Assembly (NCBI GenBank): GCA_977017645.1
Contig: OZ360238.1
Span: 26,536,001 to 26,600,000, forward strand
DNA from: Torpedo marmorata
Taxonomy: Eukaryota
Length of the DNA stretch: 64,000 nucleotides
Direction of reading: 5' to 3'
Both the position numbers and the translations under genes were made by a program. This document shows positions 11,532 to 23,240 of this stretch, piece by piece; within the stretch, counting starts at the first letter, position 1; every line of letters starts with the position of its first letter. Under the pieces are notes generated by a model that saw only the letters and a list, made by a program, of their open reading frames with translations, was not told the origin of the DNA and made no database searches.

Positions 11532-13411
11532 ATCAGAATCAGAATCAATTGTCACGAACAAGACATGAAATTCGGTGTTTTGCGGCAGCATCATAGTGCA
11601 ATTAACATTCATATTAACCATCTTACGACATTATTATAAAAAATTATAAACAATAGTGCACGAAAAGTAAGGCAGTGTCTTTGGTTCATTGATTATTCAG
11701 GAATCTGATGGCAGCGGGGAAGAAGCTGTCCTTGTGCCGTTGAGTGCTCATCTTTAGGCTCCTGTACCTTTTTCCCAATGGAAGCAGAGTAAAGAGGGCA
11801 TGGCCTGGGTGATGGGGGTCTTTGAGGATAGAGACTACTTTTATAAGACACCGCATCATGTAGATGTCCTCGATGGAGTGAAGTTTGGTGCCTGTGATGT
11901 TACAGGCCGAGTTAACAACCCTCTGGAGTTTACTCTTGTCCTGGGAGTTGGCGCCTCCATACCAGGCAGTGATGCAACCAGCCAGAATGCTCTCCACGGT
12001 ACACCTGTAGAGGTTTACGAGAGTCTTCGGTGACATACCGTATCTCCGCAGGCACCTCACAAAGTATAGCCGCTGACGAGCCTTCTTTGTGATTGCATCC
12101 ACGTTGATGCTCCAGGACAGATCCTCGGAGATGTTGACACCCAGGTATTTGAAGTTCTTGACCCTCTCCACTACTGAGCCCTCGATGAGGACTGGGTCAT
12201 GTTCCCCTGACTTCCTCCTGAAGTCCACAATCATCTCCTTGGTTTTGCTGACGTTGAGCTCAAGGTTGTTGCCATTACACCATTCAACGAGCTGATCTAT
12301 CTCCCTCCTGTACATTGCCGTTTGTGATTCTGCCGACAACTGTGGTGTCATCGGCAAATTTGTAGATGGCATTGGAATTGTGCCTGGCCACACAGTCAAG
12401 GGTGTATAACGAGTAGAGCAGTAGACTAAGCACACATCCTTGGGGTGCGCCTGTGTTGATAATCAGTGAGGAGGAGACGTTGTTTCCAATTCGTACTGAC
12501 TGTGGTCTTCTGATGAGACAGTCAAGGATCCAGTTGCAGAGGGGGGTAAAGAGGCCTAGAGTTTGTAGCTTCTTGACCAGCACTGAGGGAATAATGGTAT
12601 TGAAGACCGAGCTGTAGTCGATGAAGAGCAGCCGTATGTATGAATTGCTGTTTTCGAGGTGATCCAGAGCTGAGTGGAGAGCCAGCGATATTGCATCTGC
12701 TGTGGAGCGATTGTGATGATAGGTGAATTGCAGTGGGTCCAGATCTTTGCTTAGGTGTGTGTTAATTCTGGCCATGACTAGCCTCTCAAAGCATTTCATC
12801 ACAGTAGAAGTTAGTGCTACTGGGCGGTAGTCGTTGAGGCAGCTCACACTACTCTTCTTGGGTACCGGGATGATTGATGCCCTTTTGAAGCAGGTGGGAA
12901 CCTCCGACTGCCGCAATGAGAGGTTAAAAATGTCTGTGAACACTCCGGCTAATTGGTTGGCTCAGATTTTCAGTACCCTGCCAGGTACGCCGTCAGGGCC
13001 TGACGCCTTGCGAGGGTTCACCCTCTTGAATGATGTTCTGACGTCGCCCTCAGAGACAGATATCACAGGGTCCTCAACCTTTTCAGGGATTCTAGTAGGC
13101 ACTGTTTTGTTCTTCTTCTCAAAGTGGGCATAGAAGGTGTTCAGCTCATCTTGTAGTGAAGCACCACAGCCGTCTATAGTGTTCGCCCTCGCTTTGTAGG
13201 CTGTAATGGCCTGCACTCCCTGCCATAGCTGGTGTGTATCTGTCTCTGTCTCTAGCTTCCTCCGGAATTGCCACTTTGCTTCAGAGATGGCCTTCCGCAG
13301 GTCGTGCCTGGACTTCTTGTAAAGATCCCGGTCCCCGGCCTTAAATGCCCTTGTTCTCGTCCTCAGCAGGTTGCGAATTCTCTGATTCATCCAGGGCTTC
13401 TGGTTGGGGAA
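11532..13411 (-). mobile_element. Rex1/Babar LINE copy A, 5'-truncated and frameshifted
   Basis: ORFs 12962-13390, 12284-12943 and 11686-12435 with [31 protein letters not shown]; (TTCTGA)n tail. Confidence 0.95.
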
Positions 13412-13769
13412 TCATTCATTCCTGCGGCCATTAGTTATGCTAAACTGCACACACAATGATCATACCTTGTGATAGAGAATGACCCAACCAGAAGTCCAGA
13501 CTGCGTCAGAGACACTGGGATAGGCCAAAAGAAGCTGGTGCATCTTTATCATATCCTTTATCATAATGTGGGTCCACACCTATAATCTAGCTTTGAAAGA
13601 TACGGTGATGCACTGATTTCACCGCAGATCGGGCAGTGGGAAAGCAGCAGATCTTTCTGCCAATGTGATCACTTTATCACATTTATCTCGTCAGAGATAA
13701 AGTGAATTCCCTCTAGTGACTCCTTTGGCTGCCAGTCCACAGGTCAGATGAGCAGGCTCATGTTGTACT

Positions 13770-14155
13770 TGCATCTTTCAATTCCTATATCATCAGTTCC
13801 AGTCACAAATTCTCCAGCTTCACACAATATTTCTCCTGGTTTTCCATATTGGGCAGACTGTGATGTTTGCATGTTGAACGCTAGACAGTTCTGAGCTCTG
13901 TCATGCAAGGTCATTACCAGGCAGCCAGAAAAAAAAATTCAAGGATATGTGTAAAGAAGCATTCAGGGTGGTCATGTCGTGGAAGCATACACAAGGTCTG
14001 TGCAGGTGGTGGAAGAACTGCACCACAGACCTGCGCTATCAGCCACCACTTGGAAAGGTTTGTGCTTCCAACATTGGCTTCATTACCTACCTCAGAACCC
14101 ACAAAACCAGAATAGAAATCAGTCATCCTTGAACTCAAAGGACTGCTGAAGAACG
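13770..14155 (+). mobile_element. Degenerate RTE-clade LINE 3' end
   Basis: GKVCASNIGFITYLRTHK resembles the RTE C-terminal CxxC...H motif; upstream SELCHARSLPGSQ resembles SEL..GKR.PGGQ. Confidence 0.6.
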
Positions 14156-14822
14156 AGGATAAAGCAAGAACATTGTGCTGTTAATTCCTGGAACAAATCG
14201 GCTTTACCATCTCAGTAATCCTGCACTAAGATATTCAGAGAAAAGTCCGGCTGCTGAGAAATATTCCGTGAATATTGTTAGATCCATTGAAGCATATCTT
14301 AACAAAAGTATAATAAATTGGACATAATTTTACTTCTAATCTTCACAAATGTGTATTGGCCACATTTGCAGTGTTCCAGGAAAAGTGCATAGAGCAAACC
14401 TTGCATTCAAAAAGCCACATCTCTGTAAACACATTTACCATTGTCAGCAAGCTTCTCTTTTTTTGCACAGATGTTTCTGAGTACTGAGCTGAATTGCCCA
14501 AAGGATTACGAGGACACTGATCAAATGGGTATTTGTATCTGACCAGGTCTGAAATTGATCAGAACAATCAGTTCTACAAGGCCTCATTAGCTTTGTGCAA
14601 ACATAGTTAACAAGTGCTTTTCAAACAGTTCCAGAACTCGGCAGAAATCACTCAATTGTGCTCAATTGTCTATTGTTGAAAAGAAGTGGCCAACAGGCAA
14701 CAGTTTTAAAACAGGAAATAAAAATAACTGCTTTCATTTTGTGTAAACAATTATCATCTCTCTCTCTGATTATTTTGATACATTTGGAAAATAAAGCATG
14801 AACCAGTGATTTCAACTGTACA

Positions 14823-15974
14823 GTGATCAACCAAACAGTGCCTACTAGAATCCCTGAAAAGGCTGAGGACCCTGTGATATCTGTCTCTGAGGGCGACGTC
14901 AGAACATCATTCAAGAGGGTGAACCCTCGCAAGGCGTCAGGCCCTGATGGCGTACCTGGCAGAATACTGAAAAACTGCGCCAACCAACTAGCCGGAGTGT
15001 TCACGGACATCTTCAACCTCTCATTGCGGCAGTCAGAGGTTCCCACCTGCTTCAAAAGGGCAACAATCATCCCGGTAACCAAGAAGAGTAGTGTGGGCTG
15101 CCTCAACGACTACCGCCCAGTAGCACTAACTTCTACTGTGATGAAATGCTTTGAGAGGCTGGTCATGGCCAGAATTAACAAGTACCTAAGCAAAGATCTG
15201 GACCCATTGCAATTCGCCTATTGTCACAATCGCTCCACAGCAGATGCAATATCGCTGGCTCTCCACTCAGCTCTGGATCACCTCAAAAACAGCAATTCAT
15301 ACATAAGGCTGCTCTTCATCGACTACAGCTCGGCCTTCAATACCATTATTCCCTCAGTGCTGGTCAAGAAGCTACAAACTCTAGGCCTCTGTACCCCACT
15401 CTGCAACTGGATCCTTGACTTTCTCATCGGAAGACCACAGTCCGTACGAATTGGAAACAACGTCTCCTCCTCACTGATTATCAATAAAGGCGCACCCCAA
15501 GGATACGTGCTTAGTCCACTGCTCTACTCGTTATACACCCATGACTGTGTGGCCAGGCACAATTCCAATGCCATCTACAAGTTTGCCGATAACACCACAG
15601 TTGTCGGCAGAATCACAAACGGCAATGAGGAAGCGTACAGGAGGGAGATAGATCAACTCGTTGAATGGTGTAATGACAACAACCTTGAGCTCAACGTCAG
15701 CAGAACCAAGGAGATGATTGTGGACTTCAGGAGGAAGTCAGGGGAACACGACCCAGTCCTCATCGAGGGCTCAGTAGTGGAGAGGGTCAAGAACTTCAAA
15801 TTCCTGGGTGTCAACATCTCCGAGGATCTGTCCTGGAGCCTCCACGTTGATGCAATCACAAAGAAGGCTCGTCAGCGGCTATACTTTGTGAGGTGTCTGA
15901 GGAGATTCGGTATGTCACCGAAGACTCTCGTAAACTTCTACAGGTGTACCGTGGAGAGCATTCTGGCTGGTTGA
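14823..15974 (+). pseudogene. Rex1 reverse transcriptase domain ORF (383 aa), predicted inactive
   Basis: RT motifs present, but catalytic FADD reads FADN; premature TGA at 15972; no endonuclease domain. Confidence 0.9.
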
Positions 15975-16073
15975 ATCACTGCCTGGTATGGAGGCGCCAA
16001 CTCTCAGGACAAGAGTAAACTCCAGAGGGTTGTTAACTCGGCCTGTGACATCACAGGCACCAAACTTCACTCC
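14832..16073 (+). mobile_element. Rex1/Babar LINE copy B, truncated at both ends
   Basis: Highly similar to copy A in the opposite orientation; breaks off at aaacttcactcc with no 3' tail. Confidence 0.95.
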
Positions 16074-17284
16074 TTCTTCCCGATGGTAGCAGAGTGAAGA
16101 GGGCATGGCCTTGGTGGTGGGGGTCTTTGAGGATAGAGGCTGTTTTTTTCAGACACCGCCTCTTGTAGATGTCCTCGATGGAGTGAAGTCTGGTGCCTGT
16201 GATGTCACAGGGCGAGTTAACAAGTGATGCAACCAGCCAGAATACTCTCCACGGTACACCTGTAGAAGTTTACGAGAGTCTTCGGTGACATACCGAATCT
16301 CCTCAGACACCTCACAAAGTATAGCCGCTGGCGAGCCTTCTTTGTGATTGCATCAAAGTGGAGGCTCCAGGACAGATCCTCGGAGATGTTGACACCCAGG
16401 AATTTGAAGTTCTTGACCCTCTCAACCACTGAGCCCTCGCTGAGGACTGGGTCGTGTTCCCCTGACTTCCTCCTGAAGTCCACAATCATCTCCTTGGTTT
16501 TGCTGACGTTGAGCGCAAGGTTGTTGTCGTTACACCATTCAACGAGCTGATCTATCTCCTTCCTGTACGCTTCCTCATTGCTGTTTGTGATTCTGCCGAC
16601 AACTGTGGTGTCATCGGCAAACTTGTAGATGGCATTTGAATTGTGCCTGGCCACACAGTCATGAGTGTATAACGAGTAGAGCAGTGGGCTAAGCACGCAT
16701 TCTTGGCGTGCGCCTGTGTTGATAATCAGTGAGGAGGAGATGTTGTTTCCAATCCACTGTCTGTGGTCTTCTGATAAGAAAGTCAAGGATCCAGTTGCAG
16801 AGGGGGTACAGAGGCCTAGAGTTTGTAGCTTCTTGACCAGCACTGAGGGAATAATGGTATTGAAGGCTGAGCTGTAGTCAATGAAGAGCAGCTGTATGTA
16901 TGAATTTGCTGTTTTCGAGGTGATCCAGAGCTGAGTGGAGAGCCAGCGATATTGCATCTGCTGTGGAGCGATTGTGACGATAGGCGAATTGCAGTGGGTC
17001 CAGATCTTTCAGATTTCAGATTTATTGTCAGAGTACATACATGGTGTCACATACAACCCTGAGATTCTTTTTTCCTGTGGGTACGTGTTAGGTATGTGTT
17101 AATTCTGGCCATGACCAGCCTCTCAAAGCATTTCATCACAGTAGAAGTTAGTGCTACTGGGCGGTAGTCATTGAGGCAGCTCACACTACTCTTCTTGGGC
17201 ACTGGGATGATGGATGCCCTTTTGAAGCAGGTGGGAACCTCTGACTGCCGCAATGAGAGGTTGAAAATGTCTGTGAACACTCTG
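16072..17284 (-). mobile_element. Rex1/Babar LINE copy C, lacking its 3' tail and fused tail-to-tail with copy B
   Basis: ORFs 16217-16957 and 17047-17280 ([15 protein letters not shown]); internal deletion near 16223; insertion at 17010-17087. Confidence 0.95.
17010..17087 (-). mobile_element. Short tail of a second Rex1 subfamily nested in copy C
   Basis: cagatttcagatttattgtcagagtacatacat... is near-identical to 23241-23310. Confidence 0.88.
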
Positions 17285-17353
17285 GAAGGCGGCCCATAAA
17301 CTTTGAGCAGAGTCTGAAGGGAGTCATAGCCAAAATAAGATAGAGAATGGCTG
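17285..17353 (+). mobile_element. Orphan right end of a hAT MITE (family of 21339-21586)
   Basis: gcccataaactttgagcagagtc...gagaatggctg matches 21525-21586. Confidence 0.75.
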
Positions 17354-17559
17354 GTCCATGAAACAAAGAGCCATGTTATTGCAGTTAAATGTAAATTATC
17401 CTGTATGTCACTGAATCAAATGCCCACAAAGCAAGTTACCCAGTGAATGAAGTACCTCATAACACTGTTCTTGGAAGGTTGGAAAAATACACTCAGTTTC
17501 CTGACAATGAATAATATTCATTAGGGTTACAGAGTAATGAACCACAGACATTACAAACA

Positions 17560-17693
17560 CTACCTCACTTTCTCTTCTCTTTGCACTAATTTATTTATTT
17601 TTTTAATGTAGTTTATAGCAATATTTGCACCTGTAATGCTGCTGCAAAACAACAAAATTCGTGACATGTTCGTACAATAAATTATGATTCTGA
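17560..17693 (+). mobile_element. Rex1 3' UTR fragment
   Basis: tttgcacctgtaatgctgctgcaaaacaacaaaattcgtgacatgttcgtacaataaattatgattctga. Confidence 0.8.
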
Positions 17694-17777
17694 AAGAGCC
17701 TCAGTTCACTGTTCATGTTGTCCGTTAACCTTTTGATACCAATGAATCTGGTAGCTCTTGTTCTGCATTCCATCTCT

Positions 17778-18050
17778 AGATTACATAGAACAGTACAGCA
17801 CAGTACAGGCCCTTCAGCCCACGATGTTGTGCTGACCTATATAAACCTACTCAAAAAACTAAATCTTCCCTAACTCATAACCCTCTATTTTTATTTCATC
17901 CATGTGCCTGTCTAAGACTCTGTTAAATGTCCCTATTGTACCAGCCTCCACCACCACCCCTGGCAATGCATTCCAGGCACCCACTACTCTCTGTGTAAAA
18001 AAACTTACCCTTGACGTCTCATCTAAACTTTACTCCCCTCACTTTGTACA
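17778..18050 (-). mobile_element. CR1 LINE 3' fragment
   Basis: catagaacagtacagcacagtacaggcccttcagccc tail; similar to 19110-19590. Confidence 0.82.
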
Positions 18051-19109
18051 TACAGATGTGGTCTGATGCTTTTGTGTTCAGCATTGACTACCAATTTTCA
18101 AAGTCCGGTCTGACCAAAACAATCTTCGCAGTGATTCAACATCCCAAATGTACCAGTACATTCCCTTTCACATTTTCATCATCTCTATCCATATCATCTG
18201 CAAATACCCGTTTCCTTCCAATGTGTTCCACTTGTTTGTAACGAGTGCTGTTGCAAATGTCACCAATGTGGAAAGGGTTATATTTCTAATTTGGATTAAC
18301 ACAGTTCATACAGTTCACTCACTCCCTCTCCTCCTCTGTAATTTTTTTCAATCTGGAACCCAATGTGCTCTTTCCTTACCAAATTCAATACTTCCTGAAT
18401 TTCTGATGCTTTCAGTTTTAAGTAGCAGCATTTTGTTGAGAATTGTATTGATTTTTTTATGCATGTGGACATCACTGGCAATGTTGGCATTTATCATCTA
18501 CACCTGATAGCCCCTGTTATAAGGAGGCATTTAAGAGTTAATCATATTGACAGGTCTTAAGTAAGACATAACTAGATCAGATAAAGTTGGCCGATTTCCT
18601 TTCCTGAATGGCATGATTAAACTGGATGGATTTTTACAAAAGTCACGTCGTTTTTTTAGACACCAATACCAAGTCTAACTCTTTAATATATAATTTTTAT
18701 TTAATTACTTGATTCCCCCAACTCCTTTAGTGGGAATCAAACTCATGTTCCAGGATAAATGGTCTAGAAAAGGCAACTCATCCCAAAGCGTGACCGTATT
18801 GGTGTGATCATTTCTACTCCTCCCCTTTGACAGCCGCTCTACCTGCTCATCGTTCGGAGCTATGACAAATTTATCTGAGTGGTGGTTTCTCATGGGACCT
18901 GATAGTGCTTTGTACTCCTCAATTATTTAAGAATAAAACCCAAATAAAAAAATAATTGGGGAATATGTGGAGAATAAAATGGGTTGAGCATAGGATTGGT
19001 ATTAATAGGTTCTTGATGGTCAGTGTGGACTTGGTCGGTTTCTGTGCACTGTGATTACACACCTGCATCATCTATGGCCTAGCTCAACATCACTGACTGC
19101 ACAATTCAA

Positions 19110-19590
19110 TCATAGAACATAGAACATTACAGCACAGTACAGGCCTTTCGGCCCTCGATGTTGTGCCGACCAATATATTCCTACCAAAAAAAACTAAACC
19201 CTTCCTACCTCGTAACCCTCTATTTTTCCTCCATCCATGTGCCTGTCTAAGAGCCCCTTAAATGCCCCTATGTTTCAGCTTCCACCACCATCCCTGGCAA
19301 GGCATTCCAGGCACCCACTCTGTGTTGTCTCCCCTGAACTTGCCTCCCTTCACATTGTAGAGATGTCCTCTGGTGTTTGCTATTCCTGCCCTGGGGAAAA
19401 GGGGCTGACTGTCCACCTTATCTATGCCTCTCAGAATCTTATAGACCTCTATTAAGTCTCCTCTCATCCTTCTTTGCTCCAAAGAGAAAAGTCCCAGCTC
19501 TGTTAACCTGCCTCATAAAACTTATTTTCCAATCCTGGCAACACCCTCTGCATAGCTTCTACATATTTCCTATAATGAGATGACCAGAAC
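19110..19590 (-). mobile_element. CR1 LINE 3' fragment
   Basis: EQRRMRGDLIEVYKILRGIDKVD...TRGH; (TTCTATG)n tail. Confidence 0.9.
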
Positions 19591-19599
19591 ATGAATTTA

Positions 19600-19845
19600 A
19601 ATTTATATTTTTAATTTTATTTACAGAAGCCAATTCCGGCCATTTAAACCCATGCCGCCCAAAGACACCAAAATTAACCTACAACCCCATACGTTTTGGT
19701 GGGTATGAGGAAACCGGAGCACCCGGGGAAAACCCTCACAGACACAGGGAGAATATACAAACTCCTTACAGACAGCGCCGGATTCGAACCCGGGTCGCTG
19801 GCGCTGTAATAGCGTCATGCGAATGCAATGCTAACTGCGCCGCTC
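19600..19845 (-). mobile_element. tRNA-derived V-domain SINE
   Basis: B box GGGTTCGAATCC, central TGTGTCTGTGAGGGTTTTCCCCGGGTGCTCCGG, CR1-like tail, AT-rich end. Confidence 0.88.
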
Positions 19846-20024
19846 AAATTTACTTGTGCTGAGAACAGAAAGTGAAGGTTATTCTTCTGAAAGCTGGATT
19901 AAGGCAATTTCTCACTGACTGGGGATTGGAGGTAGAAGATGGGACTGTGGATAACACAAAAATCAGTAACAATAGCACGTTATCAATTACCCATCTGGGA
20001 CTTTCAAGCAGACTAAGAAGACTT

Positions 20025-20275
20025 GGGTGTCACGGTTGGCGTAGCGGTTAGCGCAACGCCCTTACAGCACCAGCGATCGGGACCAGACCAGGGTTCAAGT
20101 CCCGCGCTGTCTGTACATTCTCCCCATGTCTGCGTGGGTTTTCTCCGGGGGCTCCGGTTTTCTCCCACCGTTCGAAAACGTACCAGGGGTGTAGGTTGGT
20201 GGGGTGTAAGTTGGGCAGCACGGACTCGTGGGCCGAAATGGCCTGTTACCGTGCTGTATACCTAAATTTTTAAAA
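20025..20275 (+). mobile_element. tRNA-derived V-domain SINE
   Basis: A box TGGCGTAGCGG, B box GGTTCAAGTCCC, V-domain, tail gggccgaaatggcctgttaccgtgctgtat. Confidence 0.92.
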
Positions 20276-20429
20276 AAAGACCTTGTCTTAATTTTAAATT
20301 CGAACTGCTTCACTAAGCCAAGCTTACTTTTTATTGTTAAAGGTAACCAGTTTGTGCAGTCAAATTACTTGTGGAGTTTACACGGGTACATTCAATGAAG
20401 GAGGAAGATAATAATAATGTGAGCAATTA

Positions 20430-20919
20430 CACTGGACAATGAAGATTTTGCTTCCTGAACACTTTTGGGTGTATTTTATAGATTTTGGGCTGCTGATCAT
20501 GAAAATTACCTTAAAAATTTCAGATCATGCACCTTTTTTTTAGATATAACTTATTTTTGTGATTTCCTGTCATATTTTAAGTCAACTTTAAGCATACAAA
20601 ACCATGAAGTGCAACATGTCATTTTCTGCATTCGCACTTGGACTTCTTCCCTGCTGATCTTGGTGCAGTCAGTGACGAACACGGTGAAAGGTTTTACTCG
20701 GACATTGCGACCATCGAAAAGCGATATCAGGGCAACTTGAATCCATCAATGCTGGCCGACTATTGTTGGACACTGACACGAGAGGCATCAGATGCTGAGT
20801 ACAAATGAAAATCAGCGGCAAAACATTTTTAGGTCAGTTGAACTCACGCAATGTGTCAGCCTCATTATGCGATTTTTGTTTCAGGAAGCAAACCTTTTGA
20901 AAAAAATTGTTGTTTAGTG
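20430..20919 (+). mobile_element. Internally deleted Chapaev3-like (CMC superfamily) DNA transposon
   Basis: Termini CACTG...TAGTG; TTA TSD at 20427-20429 and 20920-20922; subterminal IR tttgcttcctgaa/ttcaggaagcaaa; contains a transposase C-terminus. Confidence 0.75.
20620..20832 (+). pseudogene. Transposase C-terminal fragment
   Basis: Manual translation: HFLHSHLDFFPADLGAVSDEHGERFYSDIATIEKRYQGNLNPSMLADYCWTLTREASDAEYK*KSAAKHF*; AYKTMKCNMS lies just upstream in another frame. Confidence 0.8.
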
Positions 20920-21338
20920 TTATGGGCAATGAATGGTTTTCTTGGTGCAGTGGGAAGTACTTCAACTAATAAAAAAATCCCTGAAGTTAAATGGCTTTTT
21001 ACACCACTGAAAGGCCATTGATGATAAATGTTACTCACTCCACAGATGCCGCCTGGCATTCCGAGTATTTTCATCATATTCTGTTTCACTTCTAATTTCC
21101 AGGATCCACTCATTTTACCTTTGGGTTATTCTTTTATTAGCATTGTTTTCCATTCAAAATGCTGTGCTCAAAACTGATTTTTCTGAATGGCCAGAGCATG
21201 AATTATACATGCACACAATCCTTCAGAAGCCCCAGTTCCGAAAACTGTGGCTAATCAATTGACATCAGCTATGAATCAACAGCAGGGAAAAAAGAGGTTG
21301 TATATGTGGCTCACTGTGACAGTGTGCATTGGTTAAAG

Positions 21339-21586
21339 CAGCCATTCTCAACGGGTGCCCTACGCCCACCACCCCCCCTCCCTGGGGGGGGCCACAGCAC
21401 ATTTAAGTAAAAGCCTTCTTTTCTTTTCACCTCATGTAACATAAATATTTGTTATGTGCAGTGGGGAGTCGGTAGGAGAGAAGTATGGAACAAACAAAAA
21501 CTTGACTGCCTCATGGGGAAGAGGGCCCATAAATTCGAGCAGAGTCCTAGGGGGTGCCATAACTGAAAAAAGGTTGAGAATGGCTG
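21339..21586. mobile_element. hAT-type MITE
   Basis: Perfect 14-bp TIR CAGCCATTCTCAAC; 8-bp TSD GGTTAAAG/GGTTAAAA. Confidence 0.88.
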
Positions 21587-22553
21587 GGTTAAAAAATAAC
21601 AAGCATGGAAGCCAATGCTTCAACACGGCTCATGGGAAAAAGTTCTCAGATCAGCTGCACTCTCCTATTGCTGATTTTGTACCCATGAGATTTGTACTTA
21701 TTCAGGAGCTGGACTCTTTCAGTACCTTGCCCAAATTATGTCAAAGTGAACCAGCTGTCATCTGAGTCTACCAATGTCAAACAATAGGTTGGGAGCAATG
21801 CTGGAAAGAATAGCACTTCCCGCCCACCTCTTGAAGTGGTGGTGATACCTCAAACCAGTGCAGCACATCCTGCTGTGCCGCATGCAAGGGGTTCCAGGAT
21901 TTGACCCAGCATTCAAAGAAAGAGAGGTGGTATTTCTATCTCATTGTGTGAAAGCTGGTAGAGTTGTCACACAACTGCTGACTTGACCTTTATGGTGTCA
22001 ATGGCTGCTTGTTTGGGAAGTGTTCGCACACTACTGCTCCCAGTCACCACTTACTATTAAAGAAGCATTTTATCATGTCTTTGTTGTGTATAATGGATGA
22101 CCTTGGCCAACAATGAAATATGTTTGCTGCAGACCCACCCAATTGCTGATTTTAACATCCTTGAACTATAATGCATCATCCCTACAGCTTAAAAAGCGGT
22201 CCTTTTTTGACTCACTGGCACACAGGGGAAGTGGTTTGTAAAATCCTTCATCTATGTTGTTCAAAGTTAAAATGAATCGTTGTTATCCAAACACTGATCC
22301 TTCTTGGACTCCTATCAGTCACATCCCAACAATCTGAGTATCTATCTGTCCAATTACCCCCACTCTGCCTCCCAATGTTCAGACAGTTCAATATTCCAAC
22401 CAAGACGAGGTCAATATTCCAACCAATCCAAAAGTCTTGGAAGAGTAACGTTATCATCAGAAAGAAACACAGTCTGATGGTCCATACAAATAAACCCATA
22501 GACAACCACGTTTGCTTCACGACCTGCTTTTACAAGTGTCTCTCTCCGATGAA

Positions 22554-22832
22554 GTAAAAACACAAAATGCTGGAGAAGCTCAGCAGGTCAAACAGTGTCC
22601 TTTATGTAGGAAAGGTAAAGATACATAACCGATGTTTCGGGCTTGAGCCCTTCATCAAAGGTTCGGATGCCTGCCGGCATTTTCTCATACATTGATGAAG
22701 GGCTCAAGCCCGAAACGTCAGTTATGTATCTTTACCTTTGCTACATAAATGACACTGTTTGACCTGCTGAGCTTCTCCAGCATTTTGTGTTTTTACTTCA
22801 ACCACGGTGTCTACAGATTTTCGTGATTTACT
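22554..22832 (+). mobile_element. Palindromic Penelope-type non-autonomous element (inverted pLTRs and 3' tail)
   Basis: ~105-bp inverted arms; unpaired 3' extension; 15-bp TSD TCTCTCTCC(G/A)ATGAA at 22539-22553 and 22833-22847. Confidence 0.8.
22686..22726 (+). ncRNA. Minimal type-I hammerhead ribozyme-like motif (decayed copy)
   Basis: TTGATGA-A-GGGCT CA AGCCC-GAAAC-GTC; flanks CATAC / GTTATG are remnants of helix I. Confidence 0.6.
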
Positions 22833-23240
22833 TCTCTCTCCAATGAACAAACTTGCCAAGATATTCAGTAGATATTAATTATAGACTAGAAATAGCTCTA
22901 CAACAAATATTAGTTAATAGTTTAATTTTCCCATCTTGTTGAATAGCAGTGTGCTTAGTACAATTTTCCTGTTTAGAACAATAGCTCTCAAATCAAGCAA
23001 TGTCTAACACAGTGCATAGTTCCCACATCTGAAATGTTCTCTCCAGTTTCCTTTGAACGTCTAAATAGAAATCGTCCATCCTGGTGCTTCTTTAATCTTA
23101 AATGCCTTTTAAGTTCTCTGTTGTGGTTATTTTGCTGATGTAAATTTTCCTGCGACCCCCATCCACAACAACACTAACTTCCTGAGAGGCTCAGCATGTC
23201 ATCCTCAACCTCCATTGTAAATACTGACACCAAGTAATTT

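Larger units (their letters stand above)
22250..23235 (-). mobile_element. Old, degenerate CR1 RT region hosting younger insertions
   Basis: Decayed CR1 motifs (WIGWN...LNIGRQ, gtcacatcccaacaatctgag, aaccacgtttgcttc). Confidence 0.5.

Noticed and set aside
14823-15974. 383-aa RT ORF as an active or domesticated gene
   Set aside because: Catalytic FADD reads FADN, there is a premature stop and no endonuclease domain; it is an ordinary truncated Rex1 copy.
20030-20105. tRNA genes at SINE heads
   Set aside because: A/B boxes continue into a V-domain and LINE-like tail in many diverged copies, with no complete cloverleaf.
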